Below are positions 62,141 through 64,000 of a stretch of DNA of 64,000 bases, in pieces. Source of the stretch: Octopus sinensis (lineage: Eukaryota); the NCBI RefSeq assembly GCF_006345805.1, contig NC_043014.1, positions 15,252,001 through 15,316,000 of the forward strand. The letters are read 5' to 3'. How positions within the stretch are numbered: position 1 is the first letter of the stretch; each line of letters starts with the position of its first letter. The notes under the pieces are model-generated. The model ran no database searches. It had not been told where the DNA came from and saw only the letters and a list, made by a program, of their open reading frames with translations. The translations under genes were made by a program, and so were the position numbers.

Positions 62141-63209
62141 TCTTCAGAAAAAAAAACAGGAGAAAGAGGGGGGAGAGAGAGAGAGGGAAAGAGAGAGAGC
62201 AAAGCAGCCCAGTTGGTGCTGTAACAATCCCAGAAATCCACCGCCTTGAATTAATACTTTTTTTTTTTAATTGACCTTGAAAAGATGGAGGCAAAGCTGA
62301 TCTCAACGGGATTTGATCTCGAAAATATGTGAGTCGTCAGACAAATACTGCGAGACATTTAGTCCAACGCCCTAACACTATCGGCTTTGCCAATTCACCA
62401 TTTGCCGTGTTAATGCAACGCAATACCGATGACTTGATAATGAACCGCCAAACCTTCAGTCAGTCTTTCAGCTGCAACTGGAAGAAGGGGCTGGAATGAC
62501 ACTGATCTATACTCGCCTCCCTAACCCATTATAAAACACAGAACCTCCCTCCCTCTTTCTGTCCCTGTACCTCTGCTCTAATATGACTTAGCCCATACTC
62601 GGCAGTTCTCGGCTCCTTTCATATTCATGGCTGCTTAATTCACTTGTAAATTCTTTTGTCAACTAGTTAACCTATTCACAGACCACATCTGCTGGCAATG
62701 TTTGTGTTAAAAAAGGCTTCTCACATGTAAACTATTTGAACTGTAAATTCTATTGTCAATTCAGATTAACCCTTTTATATTTCATATTTGTTAGAAAGCA
62801 ATTGTAACGGCTACTTACACATACTATTTTCACTTTACAAATCTAATTCACTGACCACATCTGCTGATACGAATTGTATAATGACTATGCTATATCACAA
62901 TTCAAATTTGTCGAGTCGGCTCGATTCAACAGAAAGCTCTCGGGAACATTCTTGATGATGATGCAGAAAACTGCTATGCTACAAACGTAAAGACAAGCAA
63001 AAACAAAAGCCACGAACCACAATGGTGGTTGACTGCACTTAAAGCGCTCTTGCAAAATGCACGCAAAGCAAGTAATGGCTGATGATCCAAACTACACGGT
63101 TATGCTGAAAGACGACGACACTGCAATAAAATCAACCCCAATCGCACGTATACGTACATTCCCCATCCAGACATGTCGCCAAAACGTCGTTCAGACCATA
63201 CAGAAGCTT

Positions 63210-63607
63210 GGGATTTTTTCGGTTTGAACGGCAGTTTTTTCTAGCGGTGTCATATGAAATTGTCACCCATAATTATCGATCTATTGCATTTCAATCTGTT
63301 TTAGGGTTAGGGGTGGGGGGAAGGGTATCTTTTTTCTTCAGAAATGTAAATAAACCCAATCTGTTTCTTAAACGAGGGACATATTCATACGGCACAGAAT
63401 GTTTTCAACTCAATAGACATCATTGATTGGTTGAAATTGCAGAAATTGAAGAAAAAAAAAACAAATATCTTACAAACCATAGAATTTTCTCAATAAAGCT
63501 AAGAGAAAAAGATGTTTTATAAACATTCTACCAGTATACGAAATTTAAAAGTGTTTAGTTACGTGGAAATCATTTTAAAAAACTGCCGTTCAAACCGAAA
63601 AGATCCA
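63210..63607. mobile_element. MITE with ~30-bp TIRs, flanked by AAGCTT
   Basis: gggattttttcggtttgaacggcagtttttt vs reverse complement tggatcttttcggtttgaacggcagtttttt; aagctt at 63204-09 and 63608-13. Confidence 0.8.
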
Positions 63608-63654
63608 AAGCTTCCTTGCAGAATCCGGAATTATTTTCTCACAGAAGTGAAGGC

Positions 63655-63840
63655 CATCTTGGCAGAACCGTTAACAACTTGGACAAAGTGCTTGGCGCCA
63701 TAAATCCTGCTGAAGTCAACTTTGCTTTTTTTCATCTTTTTAGGGGGTCGATTAAAAAAATAAAATAAGTACCAGTTGAACAGTGGGGTCGATATAATCG
63801 ACTTAATACCTCCCTGAAATTTGAAACCAATATTAAAACC
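63655..63840 (+). mobile_element. SINE family B, diverged
   Basis: ggcagaaccgttaac...gaagtcaactttgc...aagtaccagttg. Confidence 0.7.
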
Positions 63841-63934
63841 AAACTTTAAAAGTCGAATGTTCAATAAAACACGCTGTCACTCTGATATGCAATGAACCAT
63901 TACCCAAATATCTAATTAGATTTCTCCTCAAGAT

Positions 63935-64000
63935 CTCAGAAGGTTGGGCCTCCAACAAAGCCTTTCATGGTGCCCTTAAAGCCAGGAACTTTTCAGCATC
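63935..64000. mobile_element. mariner-type MITE right part, cut by window edge
   Basis: Matches 54525-54572 and continues into gaacttttcagc. Confidence 0.55.

Noticed and set aside
62910-63200. CpG-rich stretch with a short open frame (MHAKQVMADDPNY...)
   Set aside because: Under 60 aa, no homology recognised, no consistent splice signals.
63295-63320. TTAGGG telomeric seed
   Set aside because: Only about two units and internal to the 63210 MITE.

Overview
AT-rich, repeat-saturated eukaryotic DNA. Its tRNA-derived SINE families and (TA)n/(CA)n/(GATA)n load match what I recall of octopod cephalopod (Octopus) genomes; this is recognition, not a database hit. I cannot support any intact host protein-coding gene, and almost all listed ORFs are microsatellite or SINE read-throughs. 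Supported content: (i) dozens of copies of several SINE/non-LTR tail families; (ii) decayed RTE LINE 3' ends and Tc1/mariner transposase relics (a D,D34D-type mariner at 57.7-58.7 kb, a DD41D-like fragment at 29.8-30.3 kb); (iii) many MITEs with readable TIRs, several with TSDs (TA, TTAA, 8 bp); (iv) about ten type I hammerhead-ribozyme motifs in Penelope-like repeat remnants. The hammerheads include several with a long stem/loop II, one perfect core at 5363-5451, two overlapped by near-perfect antisense arms, and one directly downstream of a tRNA-like Pol III head. CpG content shifts near 37 kb (decayed to the left, retained to the right), and promoter-like motif clusters lie at 53.1-53.5 kb and 55.3-55.7 kb. 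The window may therefore be intronic or upstream DNA of a large gene whose exons I could only tentatively guess.
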